Both the position numbers and the translations under genes were made by a program. The notes under the pieces were generated by a model. It did no database searches. It had not been told where the DNA came from and saw only the letters and a list, made by a program, of their open reading frames with translations. A stretch of 33,523 bases of DNA from an uncultured Bacilli bacterium (GTDB lineage Bacteria; Bacillota_I; Bacilli_A; RF39; UBA660), in contig CANQQV010000016.1 of the NCBI GenBank assembly GCA_947626095.1, forward strand, positions 1-33,523, read 5' to 3'. This document shows, one piece after another, positions 32,595-33,523 of the stretch (the first letter of the stretch is position 1; every line of letters begins with the position of its first letter).

Positions 32595-33134
32595 TTATTT
32601 TCTTTTAAAGATTAATTTAAATGTTTGTCTAACAAAAGGTTGAATAAAGAATAATTGAGAGAAATAAGCAAATGGGAAATTAAAACAAATCAATTTTAAC
32701 CAATTAGCTAACAAAGTAAATATATTAAATCCCATATAATAAGGATAATATAAAAACGCTGCTATAAAACTCATTACAGGTACCATTATTCCTACTGTAG
32801 CACATATTACTGCTGTTTCAAAATGAACTGGATCAGTTTTTTTGATATTAAAGTTTTTACATGCCATTTTAAATGAAAAAGGTTGACCTATTAACATTTC
32901 TGCTAAATAGGCAAAACAAAATTCTACTAAAACAACTGCCCATATAGGTAAATAACGACCAAACATATAAACTCCACCAAGTTTATTAATAGCATTTAGT
33001 ACACTATTAGCACCTGTTAAATTCATAAGTGTTGTTCCATTTACAACATATAAACTATAAAAGACATATGCATGAACGGTAATAATTACAGTAATTAAAG
33101 CAAACAATGCTCTTTCTTTTTTATTTGTAGGCAT
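32595..33134 (-). CDS. Four-TM membrane protein, DUF2798-like
   Basis: MPTNKKE..LF start, four hydrophobic helices, W....NFPFAYFSQLFFIQPFVR; strong AAGGAGGTG RBS. Confidence 0.7.
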   Translation of the reverse strand: MPTNKKERALFALITVIITVHAYVFYSLYVVNGTTLMNLTGANSVLNAINKLGGVYMFGRYLPIWAVVLVEFCFAYLAEMLIGQPFSFKMACKNFNIKKTDPVHFETAVICATVGIMVPVMSFIAAFLYYPYYMGFNIFTLLANWLKLICFNFPFAYFSQLFFIQPFVRQTFKLIFKRK

Positions 33135-33247
33135 TTAATTCACCTCCTTTTTGGCAATAAAAAACACATATGGCACTATCACATTTTCTAAATACATTTC
33201 TGTAATCAGATTTATGTGCATAGCACTACATGTGTCAAATGTATTAC
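33135..33247 (-). promoter_or_regulatory. Structured 5' leader (attenuator/riboswitch candidate)
   Basis: Long imperfect hairpin (33235-33214 with 33184-33164) plus a U tract; alternative 9-bp pairing 33245-33237 with 33199-33191; TG-T-TATATT extended -10 at 33262-33254. Confidence 0.6.
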
Positions 33248-33352
33248 TTGTTAAATATAACATAATTTAAATTTTTTTGTAAGTATTTTTATTCTTACAA
33301 ATTACTATTTATTTGACTCATACAAATTGTAATTTGCACTTATTATATTTGT

Positions 33353-33523
33353 TTAATCCACATTTACACCTTTCTTGAATATTTTTATATCTATGAAATA
33401 ATAGATACCAATTAAAATGATATATAAGCATATTCCTAAAACTAATGCTGTTTTTACAATATCAACTGTAAGTGTATTACTTATATTTGAATTAAATAAA
33501 GCCATAATACTTGGATTAAATAA
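33353..33523 (-). CDS. 3' end of a membrane protein (possibly an ABC permease), truncated by the window edge
   Basis: Manual translation LFNPSIMALFNSNISNTLTVDIVKTALVLGICLYIILIGIYYFIDIKIFKKGVNVD*. Confidence 0.7.
   Translation of the reverse strand, partial: LFNPSIMALFNSNISNTLTVDIVKTALVLGICLYIILIGIYYFIDIKIFKKGVNVD

Larger units (their letters stand above)
32575..33331. repeat. 15-bp exact direct repeat CTCATACAAATTGTA at 32575-32589 and 33317-33331
   Basis: Read directly from the sequence. Both copies are preceded by TTTG(A) and contain the palindrome TACAA-A-TTGTA. Confidence 0.8.

Noticed and set aside
33135-33221. 28-codon uORF MHINLITEMYLENVIVPYVFFIAKKEVN ending right before the DUF2798-like ATG
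   Set aside because: It has no RBS, its start is buried in a helix, and it spans the terminator. It is probably chance, though ribosome-mediated attenuation cannot be excluded without Ribo-seq.
25773-33523. Right-hand region as a defined genomic island or prophage
   Set aside because: It looks accessory, but no integrase, transposase, tRNA or phage structural gene is visible, and I could not compute compositional statistics.

Overview
AT-rich chromosomal window from a low-GC Bacilli/Mollicutes-like bacterium. A gut-associated RF39-type lineage is a plausible inference from the bile salt hydrolase, the frequent GGTGA-type ribosome binding sites and TGA used as stop (genetic code 11). From left to right: the rsmC(ybxB)-rpoB-rpoC unit (rpoC truncated by the window edge); a membrane-anchored lysozyme/glucosaminidase-like protein; an M29 aminopeptidase; several hypothetical proteins, including a Cys-His-Asp transglutaminase/papain-like protein; two paralogous Asn/Gln-rich membrane proteins flanking a MacB/LolD-type ABC transporter; a PepSY protein; a 5-FTHF cyclo-ligase-DUF1848-cyclophilin-like-bsh operon; an E2-like acyltransferase/MBL pair; a full BceRS-BceAB-like module with VanZ-RDD, lipoprotein and YxeA genes; a LexA-boxed dinD; an AdhR/NmlR-type MerR operon (alpha/beta hydrolase with an in-frame TAA, membrane-anchored aldo-keto reductase and flavodoxin, second flavodoxin, CMD, cupin); an ECF sigma/anti-sigma pair; and a DUF2798-like membrane gene. 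Best leads: (1) a riboswitch/attenuator-like switchable 5' leader upstream of the DUF2798-like gene, with that unit bracketed by a 15-bp direct repeat; (2) RpoB carrying Q513K plus H526D and other changes in conserved drug-binding segments; (3) an ungapped 104-aa tandem duplication of a lysozyme-like domain in which the first copy lacks the catalytic Glu; (4) membrane-tethered redox enzymes in the MerR operon. I saw no rRNA, tRNA, CRISPR array, integrase or transposase. All family assignments come from motif recognition by eye, not from database searches.
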